NCBI RefSeq assembly: GCF_009914755.1
Contig: NC_060927.1
DNA: 64,000 nt
Reading direction: 5' to 3' (one strand)
From: the human T2T-CHM13v2.0 reference genome, Homo sapiens
Shown here: piece after piece, positions 39,961 through 51,840 of the stretch
Layout: each line of letters opens with the position of its first letter
Numbering within the stretch: the stretch's first letter is position 1
Translations under genes and position numbers: made by a program
The notes under the pieces: model-generated
Databases searched by the model: none
Seen by the model: the letters and a program-made list of their open reading frames with translations, nothing else
Told to the model about the DNA's origin: nothing

Positions 39961-41929
39961 CGGAGCCTCAGTGCACAGCCAGCAGCCTGAGCCACATCAT
40001 CTTGGTGTCCCAAATGCTGTAGTCACAATAGCAAATATTTATTAGTGCTTATTATGTGCTAAAGACTTCACATACATTTTTTCCCCACTTAATCCTCACA
40101 GCAACCCTATAAAGTAAGAAATATCACTCCCATTTTACAGATGGTAAAACAGAAGTTTGGCAAGGTTAAAAAAAACTTGCACAAAGCTGAACAGCAAATG
40201 GAGAGTCAGAACTCATACTTAAAATGCTCTTTGTCTGAGGGGTCAGAATTCTTTTCTAAGCTAGAGAATTGGCCTGGACAGGGAAGCAGAGACAATACCT
40301 CACAAGTATCTTTCCCTCTTTTGCAAAGAACCAAAGAACTGTTATTTCTTCCTCCTTTGCCAAACCTCCCTTTGGAGATGCTGAGAGGAGAGAGGCTGAA
40401 AGAATTGGAGGAGGGAGGTGATTAAATCACCTTAAATCTGTTTTAAAAATCTCCATTTTCAAAAGCTTTCTGTATTTAACAATGCTTGACTGTGAGAGAC
40501 ACTAGCCCCTTTTTGGGGCCAGCAGAGTAACAGAACGCAACTTCTAACAGACTGGCCGGCATGCTAAGGTAGCAATTGTATTTAAATTTCAGTATCAGTA
40601 ACTCTAGCTGGAACCACCTAAAGCAAAAGGAAGGAAGGGGTATCAGGGCACATTTTCACTCCTTCAATTGCTCTGGGGGCTAGAAATGGAAAGTTTTATG
40701 TGACAGAGTTTATTTTTGCAACTTGCAATTTTCCTCTCCTTTGAAAATTAAGGTGGCCTGAAAGAGTTTTATATGTGGGCCAATACAGCAGCACATTTAT
40801 GAAGTGAAAAAGTAAAGGTTTCGTGGTATCATAAGCTCACCCACACTATACATAAATTTATTACTTAAAATGCTCCAGATTTAAGTTTTATTATGGAGAT
40901 AGTGTGTTATAAGCAAACTAACTTTGGATTTTGGAGTTTTTGAAAGTAAATAGCAGCTCATGGTGCTCATGTAATTTGTTTATTTTTATAGCAATGTTAT
41001 GTCCTGAAAATAAACAAACAAAAATTAGAGTCTGAAAAGCTTCAAGGTTTGTATGTACCTGAACACAGAAAGTCAGAAAACATTCACTTTTAATTAAGCC
41101 AACATTTTAAAATTTAGAAATTCTTTTAAACAAAGTCAAAATTTGGATGATCATTTTTAATGCTTAATTATACATATACATATATATATGTATATGTATA
41201 TGTATATCCATAAGCTATGAAAGTTAGTTAACAAAGGCATAGAAATAGGATGAAAAGTGTTCTTTGAAGGCGATTTTCTAAACTTCCTCACGGAGTTCTG
41301 TTTATCCTGACCTGGCAAGGCTGCTGTATTTCAATTCAGGGCTCTTTTGCATACAGAAGTACAGACTTGCTGAGCTGAGCCAAATCTGTCTATCCAATTA
41401 CTGGGTAAGAGAGCTGACTGTAGCTTTAGGCAAAACCTGTAATCTGTAAAACTCTATAGTATCAGTGACAGCCTAATCACAGGGAAGAACCAATAGAGTG
41501 TATATGTTACTTGAGTGTTACACAGATGCATAGTTCTCTCTACAAATAACCCAATTCAAATCTAACACCAAAGAGCAATGAAATATACAGAGCCTTGAAA
41601 AGAAATATCATTTGCTATCTCTACAGTAATTTTTGGATAGAATGGTTTTCAAAGGGAAATAAATTCTCTCAATGTATTGCAGATCACTTAGCTGAGTACT
41701 AGTTTGAATGCTTTTATTACGTTCAATAAAAATCTGGTTTAGCAACTGTTGCTCTCAACATCTAGCTATTTTAGTGACTTTATAACATTTGGTAAAATTA
41801 TATTTTGCTAGAATTTACATTGTTTATAAGGAGAATGAATTCAAGGGTAATGTTTGATTATATTTTATCACACAAAATCCAATAATGATTTAAATTTAAG
41901 ATGAAAAGTTAATCTCTATAAAAACATAA

Positions 41930-42240
41930 CATTCAGTGAAAGCAGCAAGATACAAAACATGTACACACTGTATATGACATACAATTAAAAGGCAGGCAAA
42001 AATTTATTTATCTAGCATGTTAGAGGTCAGGAGAAGGAATATCTCTAGGGAGGAAGACAGGCAGAGTGGTTGGGGGAAGTAAATAAGTGGGCTTTTAGGG
42101 TGATGATAATGTTCGATTTCTTAACCTAGGTCCTGGTTATACTGGTGTGTTCATTTGTGATAATTCACTGAGCTGTAAGCTTAAGATTTGTATATTTTTC
42201 CATATGTGTGTAATAAGCTAATTTAAAAAGTTAAAAAAAG
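41930..42240 (+). mobile_element. L1ME 3' end
   Basis: aaaggcaggcaaaa...gttagaggtcagga...gtgtgttcatttgtgataattcactgagctgta. Confidence 0.7.
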
Positions 42241-43034
42241 TTCATCTCTACAATGTAATGTTAATGTTTTAAGAAAGAAAGGATGATAATTATGAGCATT
42301 GATTGGGTATTTTTGAACCAAATATTAGTCTTGTAGTCACAAAAGAGCTAGTCAAACTTTTTTTTTAAATTCAGATTTCTTCCCATTTTAGTTTATAAAA
42401 ATAACTCAATTTCTATGGAAAAAGTGAAATAGATTTAATCTGTATGGCTTACAATAGGAAAGTGAATTCTTTTTTTCATGCATGGAAATATGGGCAAGAA
42501 TGAAATCAGGGCAGGGTATACTTAAGAAGATATTTTAATTCATGATATCAGTATATCTTATAAGAAACCGAAAACCCCTGTAAGCGAGATTTTGCTAGGC
42601 CCAGCGTTTTTAGTGGTAATGAAGTTTCATGGCCATTATCGTGATCATCTGGTAATCAATACCTGGGATATCTACTCCAGTGGAAATAAAAACCCTGGTA
42701 AAATGTTTCCATTTATAGTTTTTTAAAATAGAGGAGGGAGCAGATAATAGATGACTTAGTAAATGTATGTTAAAATGGTTAAGCAGCTAAACAATTTTTT
42801 AATAAATTATGGCTTAAGTTTGATTTAGTTTTTTATTTGTTTTAATTTCTTTTAAAATAACAGCAAGAAATTTCATGTGAATTTAGCCTCATTTATAATG
42901 GCAAGCCAAGTAACTTAATGCTTTTATCCATCCCCCAGCATTTATTGAGGGCTTCTATTTGCCAAGCCACTGAGAAACAACGGTGCAGGAAACACATCCT
43001 TCACGAGCTTACAGTTTAAGAGGAAGAGTTAATC

Positions 43035-43056
43035 TGTCTCCCTCTCTCTCTTTGTC

Positions 43057-43133
<77 letters not shown>
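43035..43133. repeat. Compound (CT)n/(CTGT)n/(CA)n microsatellite
   Basis: Read directly. Confidence 0.95.
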
Positions 43134-43135
<2 letters not shown>

Positions 43136-43329
43136 GCATTTACTATGTGTCAATATCTGTTCTAGGTTCTGAGGAGCTTCAGAAAGATAGAAGAACATTA
43201 AAACATTCTCGTCTTTTTAGGAGTTACATTCTGCTAGGAGAAGACGAACAATGAACACGGTATTTGAAGAATTCTTCAAATATATATTTATAATTTTTAC
43301 ATAAATATAGATATATAAATGTAGTTACA

Positions 43330-45380
43330 TGTGTTTAAAGTGTGCTTCTGGTAAATAGGATGTAGCTGGATCTTGCTTTTTTGCCTGGTCTGACAATCTC
43401 TGCCTTTTGATTGGAGTGTTTAGTCCCACTGTGTTTTCTGGTGCACATGTCTTACAAACCAGGACACTCCCCTACATACTCACAATATCACCATTGAAAT
43501 CGGGAAATTAACATTGATTTATTACTGCTACCCAGTCTTCAAACCTCAGTCAAATTTTGTCAGTTGTCTCAATAATCTCCTTTATATAAAGAAAAGGGCC
43601 CATCTTAGTATCCCTTTCAGTTCTTCAGTCTTTACTTGATTTCCACAACCTTGATGCTTTTGAAGATTAGAAGTAGTAATTTCATAGAATTGTTCAATTT
43701 TTTCCTAACTTGTTTTCTGAACTCATATGGTTAAGATTACACATCTTTGGCAAGAATATCCCAGAGGTGATGTTGTGTCCTTCTTGTTGTAGACATCAGG
43801 TGGCACACAAGTTCAATTTGACCTATTACTGATGATGTTCACATTGACCACTTGATTAAGGTGGTGTCTGTCAGGCTTCTCAACTGTAAAGTTACTTTTT
43901 TGTCCTTCACAATTAGTAAGTGTTTTATAGGGATATGCTTTGGAAGTTAGCAAATATTCAGTTCTGCATTAACCTTGAATTTATTCATTTATTTTATCAA
44001 TATGGACTCATGGTTTCCAGTTTTAGCCAATAGGTTATAATCAATGACATTATTCTTCATTTTGTTGCTTGAATTTATTCTGCTGGCCCTCCAGCTGGCT
44101 TCTGAGTTTTTTCACATGTCCTCATCTTTCTTTGCGTACTTCCTTGTTCTCTGGTACAACAAAAGTTCTAGGTTTGTCTATTATTTTCTCTGGCCCAGTC
44201 CTAGAATCAGTCATTTCTCTCTTTTCTTGAGTGAATGTCTTCCTCACTCGTCTTAGGCTCTGATTTCATATGGTAGGCCCTCCCCTTGTAGGGACCCCTC
44301 CTCACCCTGCTTTTACAGTTATTCACACATTTCCCATTTCCAATGCTCTTCATTCCCTTATGTAGATTTAAGTTTCCACCCATATCATTTTCTTAAAGCC
44401 TGAAGATACTCTTTTAACATTTCTTGTAGAGAAAAATCTGATGGTGGTGGTAAATTCTCTAGGCATCTGCTCATCTTGAAATATTTTTAGTTTGCCTTCA
44501 TTTTTAAAGGATATTTTTACTAAATATATAATTCCCGGGTGACAGCTTTTTCCTTTCGGCACATTATAGATATCATAGCATTGCATTCTGACTTGCACTG
44601 TTTCAGGTGAAAAGTCAGTGGTAATTCTCACCGCTGCTGCCCTGTATGTATTAATATGTAATGTGTCTATTTTTTTCCAGCTTCTTTAAAATTTTTCTCT
44701 TTGCCATGGTTTTAAAATTAGATTATGAAGTATCTATATGTAATCTTTTTTTTCTTATTTTAAAAATGCTGCTTATAGTTAATTGAGCTTTTTGGTTGGT
44801 AGTGTTTTTTCCCTCAAAATTGGAAAAATTCCAGCCACTATTTCTTCAAAAAAATTTTGTTCTGTCCCCTCCTTCTGAAACCCTATCTGCCTGTATAATA
44901 GTCGGCTTGCTATTTTCCCACAAGGCACTGGTTTGTCAGAACCCCAGTGACTCCTGGCCTTGAGCCTCTCTAGAATCTCTCTTCAGCTCATCGTTCTCTG
45001 GCACTTGTTTTCTTCCAGACTTTGTGGAGTATTGTCCTCACATGCATGCCTTAGTATTCAGCTAATGACTAATGGGAATCCCTGGGAACTTTTGGGGAGT
45101 TTCTTCTTTTGCAGCATTTTCTGCTCTGGTACTCTGTCAGTCACTTCAGCACCCCTGAAGTCTAATCTCTCTTTCCTCGGTTCGGCAAGACCACCATGTT
45201 CTGCTTGGGCTCTACCCACCTGTGGTTTAGAAAGCACCTCCAGACAGAAAGCCAGGACTACTGTGGGGCTTATCTAGAAATTTCCCTTCTTTCAGTGACC
45301 ATAACTCTGTTACCTGTTGTCCAATATCTGAAAATATTTGTTTCATATATTTTTTTTCAGTTTTATAGGTATATATGTGA
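43330..45380 (-). mobile_element. Antisense L1M fragments, including an ORF1p C-terminal remnant (44368-44631)
   Basis: ORF MRITTDFSPETVQVRMQCYDIYNVPKGKSCHPGIIYLVKISFKNEGKLKIFQDEQMPREFTTT aligns by eye to L1 ORF1p IRLTADLSAETLQARREWGPIFNILKEKNFQPRISYPAKLSFISEGEIKYF. Confidence 0.85.
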
Positions 45381-45794
45381 GTAGCATTAATTTGATACCA
45401 GTAATGGTAATTTGATACCAGTGTCAATTTGATACCAGATATCACAGCCAGGAATGAACACTGGGTAAATTCTATAGTGTATTAGAAAGTGATAAATGCT
45501 CTGAGAAAACAATAGAATACAGTTAGGAGGCTGGGTAATGCTGAGTGAGGGAGGTACAAGTTTAAATTCCATATCAGGAAACAGGTATTATAATTCAGCA
45601 TAAGTATAAGGAGAGGGTACTATAGGCGCATCAATGAAAGAAGAAGGGACACCTAAATGATCTAGGGATATCTGGGAAGATTGATCTGAGAAAGTCATAT
45701 CTAGTCTAAGACCTGAAGGATTAGGAGCTAATTGGGCAATGGAATAGGGTGTGAGAGTGTTGGCATGTTTTCTAAGATACTGGAAACAACTTTT

Positions 45795-45953
45795 AAAAAA
45801 ATTTTTTTGAGACAAGTTCTCACTCCAGTTGCCCAGGCTACAGTGCAGTAGTATGATCTCTGCTCACTGCAGCCTTGACTTTCTGAGCTGCAATGATCCT
45901 CCCACCTCAGCTTCCCGGAGTATCTAGGACTACAGGCACACGCCACCACACCC

Positions 45954-45987
<34 letters not shown>

Positions 45988-46012
45988 TAGTCTTGAGCCA
46001 CCATGCCTGGCC
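45795..46012 (-). mobile_element. AluJ-like element missing most of its left monomer
   Basis: Right arm, then a T-run, then only gagccaccatgcctggcc; TSD ctggaaacaa at 45780-45789 and 46014-46023. Confidence 0.85.
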
Positions 46013-46398
46013 CCTGGAAACAATATGTTTAAAGATCCAATGAGAAGCATTAAGAGCACATGGTGAGATTGTCAAATATAAGTAGTTGCCTATGTATGAA
46101 ACAATTGTGCTGTAAAGCAGAGGCCGAGTCATTAAGGGCCTTGCAAGCCCTATTGCCAGGTTTGCATTTGTCATGGGTCATGGAAAACCATTAAAGGGTT
46201 TTATGCAAGCGTGAAACTTGATCATAATCTCTACATTTCCACATCTCTGTCTATAGAATGAGTATATCGAACATAATGGCATCAGTTGTTTATTTTAGAA
46301 ATGATTCTACTTTTTAAATTGAGGGTTCAAGTTTTGTATCCATATGAAAAGCCAATGTCCACTGCCTAATAAAAGGCCTTGAAAAGATACTATTTTTC

Positions 46399-46688
46399 TG
46401 TCAGGCACGGTGGCTCACGCCTGTAATCCCAGCACTTTGGGAGGCTGAGGTGGAAGGATCAGTTGAGCCCAGGCATTGGAGATCAGCCTGGGCAACATGG
46501 CAAAACCCTGTCTGTACAAAAAAATACAAAAATTAGCTGGGCATGGTGGCACATGCCAGTAGTCCCAGCTGCTCGGGAGGCTGGTGTGGGAGGATCACTT
46601 GAGCCCAGGGGGTCCAGGCTACAGTGAGCCAAGCTTGTGCCAGTGCACCCCAGTCTGGGTGGAGCAAGATCTTGTCTCAAAGAAAAGA
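46399..46688 (+). mobile_element. AluJ
   Basis: ggatcagttgagcccagg J-type left arm; TSD aaaagatactatttttc / aaaagatattgtttttc. Confidence 0.92.
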
Positions 46689-47513
46689 AAAAGATATTGT
46701 TTTTCAAACAAACTTGTGGACTACATATTTTCTGAAAGATAAAGTGATCTCAACATAAAAAGGAAATTGATCATGAAACTAAAAACAGAACACAAAACTT
46801 TGATTTCTCAATTATCACTATTAAAAGATGTAAAAGATTGAATTATAATAGAGAGTAGTCAATTGAATTATGATATTTATGAGTATATACAAAACTAGAA
46901 ACAGTGAATAAAATGTTTATACTGAAGGTTTGGTAGAATCACAAAAGAGAGAAAAGGAAGAGAATAAAAAGGAAGTCAGCAAACGAGATATCAGTCTTTT
47001 TATTTCCATGCCAGATGGGCCAGATAGAAAAAAAAGTTTTTTCTTTTTTTTTGTATTTTTTTTCAACTCAATTCAACAAACATTTATTGGCTTTCGTGCT
47101 AGGTACTAAGGGAATGAGAAAAAAAAAGATGACTAAGACTGTTTTCACACCAAAGTCATTTATAAACTTGGGGAAGCAGATGCTTCTAATTATTTGTTAC
47201 AAATGGCAGAATAAAATGAATGGGTTCCACCTTGAGCCAGGAGAAAAAAACATGTGAACATTTAACTACACGAGAAAGCACACAAAAATAAATGCTACAA
47301 GAGAGGTACAAACAAACAAGCTCCCATGGGAAACCCAGGGTTAACAAATTCTGACTTGAGGAGAGAGAGAACTTTCACAAAAGACAAAGGTTTGGACTGT
47401 ATCAAAAGTTGAGTGGTTATTGGATAGTTGGACAGAGTAGAAAGGTTATTCCAGGAAAGGCATGAAATAATGGATGGACTGAGCATATCTGGAAAATATC
47501 ATGTATTCTTGAA

Positions 47514-47868
47514 TCATATGGTTTTTCTCTGTGTCCCCACCCAAATCCCGTTTCAAATTGTAATCCCCACGTATCAAGGGAGGGACCTGGTGGGAGGTGA
47601 TTGGATCATGGGGGCGGTTTTCCCCTTGGTGTTCTCGTGATAGTGAATTTTCTGGAGATCTGATGGTTTAAAAGTGCCACTTCCCCTTTCCCTCTCTCCT
47701 GCCACCTTGTGAAGAAGGTGCTTGCTTCTCCTTCACCTTCCACCACAATTGTAAGTTTCCCGAGGCCTCCCCAGCCATGTGAAACTGTGAGTCAACTAAA
47801 CCTCTTTTGTTTATAAATTACATAGTCTCAGGAGGTTCTTTACAGCAGTGTGAAAACAGACTAATAAA
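47514..47868 (+). mobile_element. Complete THE1 (C/D-like) solo LTR with 5-bp TSD ttgaa
   Basis: tcatatggtt...gtgtccccacccaaatc...gaggcctccccagccatg...cagactaataaa; ttgaa at 47509-47513 and 47869-47873. Confidence 0.92.
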
Positions 47869-47924
47869 TTGAATGACTGGAGTTGGGGGCAACAAGGTGA
47901 GATATATTTGGAGATGGTAGGAAA

Positions 47925-48360
47925 TATTGCTGCCCTGGTCAAATCCACTTTAGTAGGTCATGTGCCTCTCCCCCAGCTGCAATGACTGTTGGCTGCTAAT
48001 AAGATCACAGCTGTATCTTTTTTTTTTCAGAGCGCTGCCCTCAGCTGAAATGAGAGCCATCTCAACAGAAAGCTTAAATTCCCCCCATCCTTAGCCCATG
48101 GTCCGTGACACACTGTTGTGGTGTTATAAATGAGCAGCTCCCTTTGCCTCAAGATGGAATTAACTCTGCGTTGCAATTCATGCTCCGGTGCCCTCTGTGG
48201 AATTAGGCTGAAGCTGGACTTCAGCCAAGACTGCATCCTTGCTTAGTTCATTTTCTTGCCTTATTCTACTTTCCTGGATTGCCTTCTCCTGAGAGCACCT
48301 ACTCCGCCAGTAAATCACAAGTACCTCCGTCTCTCCTTACAAGCAATTGGAGCTAAGATG
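47925..48360. mobile_element. LTR16-family ERVL LTR
   Basis: cctttgcctcaagatggaattaactctg...gcaattcatgctcc...aggctgaagct. Confidence 0.7.
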
Positions 48361-49270
48361 GATTGAACTGGAAAGGTAGGTAGAACACAGGCTGGGGAGA
48401 GTCCCAAATACTATGCTAAGTTTAGATTTTATCGTCAAGGCAGTAGGGAACTGACTACGGAGTCTTTTTGAATGGGAGGAGAACTTGCTCTTTGAAAGGA
48501 TAGCTCTGACAGATGAAACATTGCAGAAGTAGAATTTTTAGGACTCGATAGCTGGATATGAGATAGGAAGGAAAAAGAGAAGAAAAGATCGTCTTGAAAG
48601 TTCTAGTGAGAGTTGTTGAATTTGAGATGCCAGAGGAAAACCAATGTGAAAATGTCCATCAAGCAGTTGGAAATTCAACCTGTAGTTCATGCACAGGATT
48701 GGAATGTAGATTCAGGAATTATCACTCATTAATTTAATAAATGTTTATTTAGCATTGCTGTGTTTTACAAATATAAGGACAAATTAGACATTGTGGAAGA
48801 CAGAGATGTTACAAATATTTCAACGAGAAGTGTTAATTGTGTAACACACTTAAGTACAAGATGGTGGTAGGATACTTTATTAGAACAAGTAAACAGTTCA
48901 CTAAAGAGGCATAAACTAAATATCCAAAATCAATGGTTTCCTTCTGCATCTGTATCAAATACTTAGAAAGTGAAGTGAAAATTATCCCATTCACATTGAC
49001 CACGAAAGTATCAAATATCTAAGAACAAGTTTAACTAGAAAGGTACAAGAGACTCTTTGAAAAAATATATAAAACATTATAGAGAGATGTAAAAAAAATT
49101 GAATAAATGTACAAGCAAACCATACTCCTAGATAGGAAAGCCATATTGGAACAATGTCTGTTCCAAGCTAATATCTTAAATTCAATGAGATTCTAATGGG
49201 AACTGCAATGGAATTTGGGAAAATCTTGTCAAATTGATTCGAACATTTTTGTTTTTTTAAAAAAAGTCTG

Positions 49271-49567
49271 GGCCGGGCGCGGTGGCTCACGCTTGTAATC
49301 CCAGCACTTTGGGAGGCCGAGGCGGGCGGATCACGAGGTCAGAAGATCGAGACCAGCCTGGCCAAAATAGCAAAACCCTGTCTCTGCTAAAAGATACAAA
49401 TTAGCTAGGCATGGTGGCAAATGCCTGTAGTCCCAGCTACTCAGAAGGCTGAGGCAGGAGAATTGCATGAACCTGGGAGGCAGAGGTTGCAGCAAGCAGA
49501 GATCACATCACTGCACTCCAGCCTGGGTGACAGAGCAAGACTCCATCTCAAAAAAAGAAAAGAAAAC
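49271..49567 (+). mobile_element. Alu (S/Y-type mosaic)
   Basis: ggccgggcgcggtggctcacg...ctccatctc followed by an A-rich tail. Confidence 0.95.
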
Positions 49568-51682
49568 AAGAATTTATAAAGTTTGTGATACTAGCATGAA
49601 AGCAGGTAATTTCAGGCAGCAGTATAACAAGTTCTATACAGATCAAAGAATATGTATCAATCTAATATATAAAAAATTTGCCTTAAATAAGTGAGGAGAG
49701 GACAGATTATTCAATAATTTGTGTAAGAATATTTGGCTCTTTGGAGAGAAAATAAATGTAGGTCCCCACCTATAAGACATATAAGTATATTGCGCATGTA
49801 TTACGTGTTGTTGTAATATTATTCTTGTATTATTAACTTGGACAGGGAAAATGCCTTCTTGCAAGGTATGAAATTTTGAATCCATAAAGAAAGAGATATA
49901 ACTACATAAAATTTAAATTTCTGTTATGTTATGAACTGGTACGGAAAGACAAGCAACAAATTGGAAAAATAGGTGCAACACATATAGCAGACCGATGGTT
50001 CATGTAGTTAAGATTCAAAGAGCTTCCGCACAGAAATAAAAATATACAATATAAAAATGGGCAGATTATAAAAATAGGCCAAAAATATAGATGGCCAAAA
50101 ACACATGGAAAAAAACTTAACTTCATTCATAATTGCAGAACTAAAAATTAAAACGATGATTCCATTTTTTTTCTATTAAATTGGCAGTTTGTCAAAATGT
50201 ACATTTAAAATTAGTAATTTGGCAAATGTATTATATTTATACACACAAACACACTTTTACCTTTTCATTGTTATTTGACTTTGTTTACTATATTTTTGCC
50301 TGTAAAAATGATAAAGTTTTATTATTTTATCAAATAGTTCAAACTTTGCTTGTTTGATTTCTGAGTTTTCACTTGTTTTCTTCTAGTTATTTTGAAGTTT
50401 CATCTTAACAAATTTACATCTTCTATTGGTCTGGAATTAATTTTGTTAAAAGAAACTTAGTAGTAATCCTGCTAAATTTTCCAGGTACTAGTCTATTTTA
50501 AAATACCTTTTGTTACATAATCCACCTTTGCTCCATTGGCTAAAAATGCCATCTTTATTATAGGCTAAGTCCTTTCACGTATTTGGATCTGTTTCTGGAT
50601 TCAGTTCCATTATTATGTCTGTTCACTCTCCTACCAGTATAATACTATTTTAGGTATTGTGACTTTAAACTTTTTAAAATGCTGATAGTGCTTGTCTTTT
50701 CTCTTTACTTCTCTTTTTTCAAGTTTCTCTTAGCTATTTTTCACATATTCATTTTTTCCAAAGGAATTTCAGAATTATCCAGCTTCTTTCAGGTTTCTCC
50801 TCTCATTTGCAAACTTTTCAGTGTTTTGATTGGGTTTTCATTAAATTTAGAGATTCAGTTTTTGAGATTGCCTTTTTGGCATTTTCTGTCCAATGTCAAG
50901 ATATATCTTCTGTTATTCATCATTTTTATTGCCCTCATAAGAAGCTTAAAGTTCTATGTACTACACATAGAACTTTTGAAATGTATTCACAGATTTTTGC
51001 TATTACAGATAGTACCTTTAAATCATTATATTGTCTACCAGGTTATCATTCGTATTAAAAAAAAGCTGTTGATTTTTGTATAATTATTTTGTAACTAATG
51101 GGTTCCTGCCAGGATCTTTTCAGCTCAAGGTTGTTGTTGGTTTTTTAACATGCAAATTTCTCAAACTTTAAAGATCAGATAATTTCAGTCCAAATAGACT
51201 GAATGGTTTTTTTAGAAAAAGAAGAAGAAACAATATCCAAATTCCATTTGCAAGGCCAGCAAACACTATTCCATAGACAGGCCCTCCAAAGGAAAGCACA
51301 GTTCAGTATTGTTTGTGAAAATTATGTCAAATGACTGAAAAAAATCTCATTGTTTCTAGGTTTCTTTCTTCTGTTGATGATCCTTAATTTTTTATGCATA
51401 CTGGTATATCCTCTGCAAATGACTACAAGTTATACTTTGTCTGAATGCATTGTTTAGTACTTTGTGAGCAATAGGAAACTGGAATTTCTTTTCTTCTTCC
51501 TGACATCAAAGGAAAGTGTCCTCATTTTTCTGTATCAAACATGATGATGCTGAGATGACTATTAGTGTGTCAAAAAAGTATCATCCACTTCTATTTTGCT
51601 TAGAGTTCAATTTTATTAAACGTCTTATTTGACATCACTTAAAGCACTCATTGGAATTTGTTGTCTTATTAATATGCTATTT

Positions 51683-51840
51683 TATTTATTTATTTAGAGA
51701 CCGGATCATACTCTCTTGCCCAGGCTATAGTGCACTGTTGTGATCATAGCTCACTGCAGCCATAAACTAGCCTCAAGTGATCATTCTACCTCAGCTTCCT
51801 GAGTAGCTGGAATTATAGGTATGAACAACTGTGCCTGGCT
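51683..51840 (-). mobile_element. Alu monomer (FLAM/FRAM/AluJ-like)
   Basis: (ttta)n tail, cccaggctatagtgca...ctgtgcctggct; degenerate TSD taatatgctatttt / taatgtgttatttt. Confidence 0.85.

Noticed and set aside
40786-40800. CAGCAGCACA, resembling the miR-15/497 5' end
   Set aside because: Only a 10-nt match with no complementary arm
44368-44631. 87-aa ORF with real protein similarity
   Set aside because: Decayed L1 ORF1p fragment inside an old L1; no sign of domestication
50679-51083. 134-aa hydrophobic ORF resembling a membrane protein
   Set aside because: T-rich antisense L1 sequence gives Phe/Leu/Ile-rich frames; no splice or promoter context
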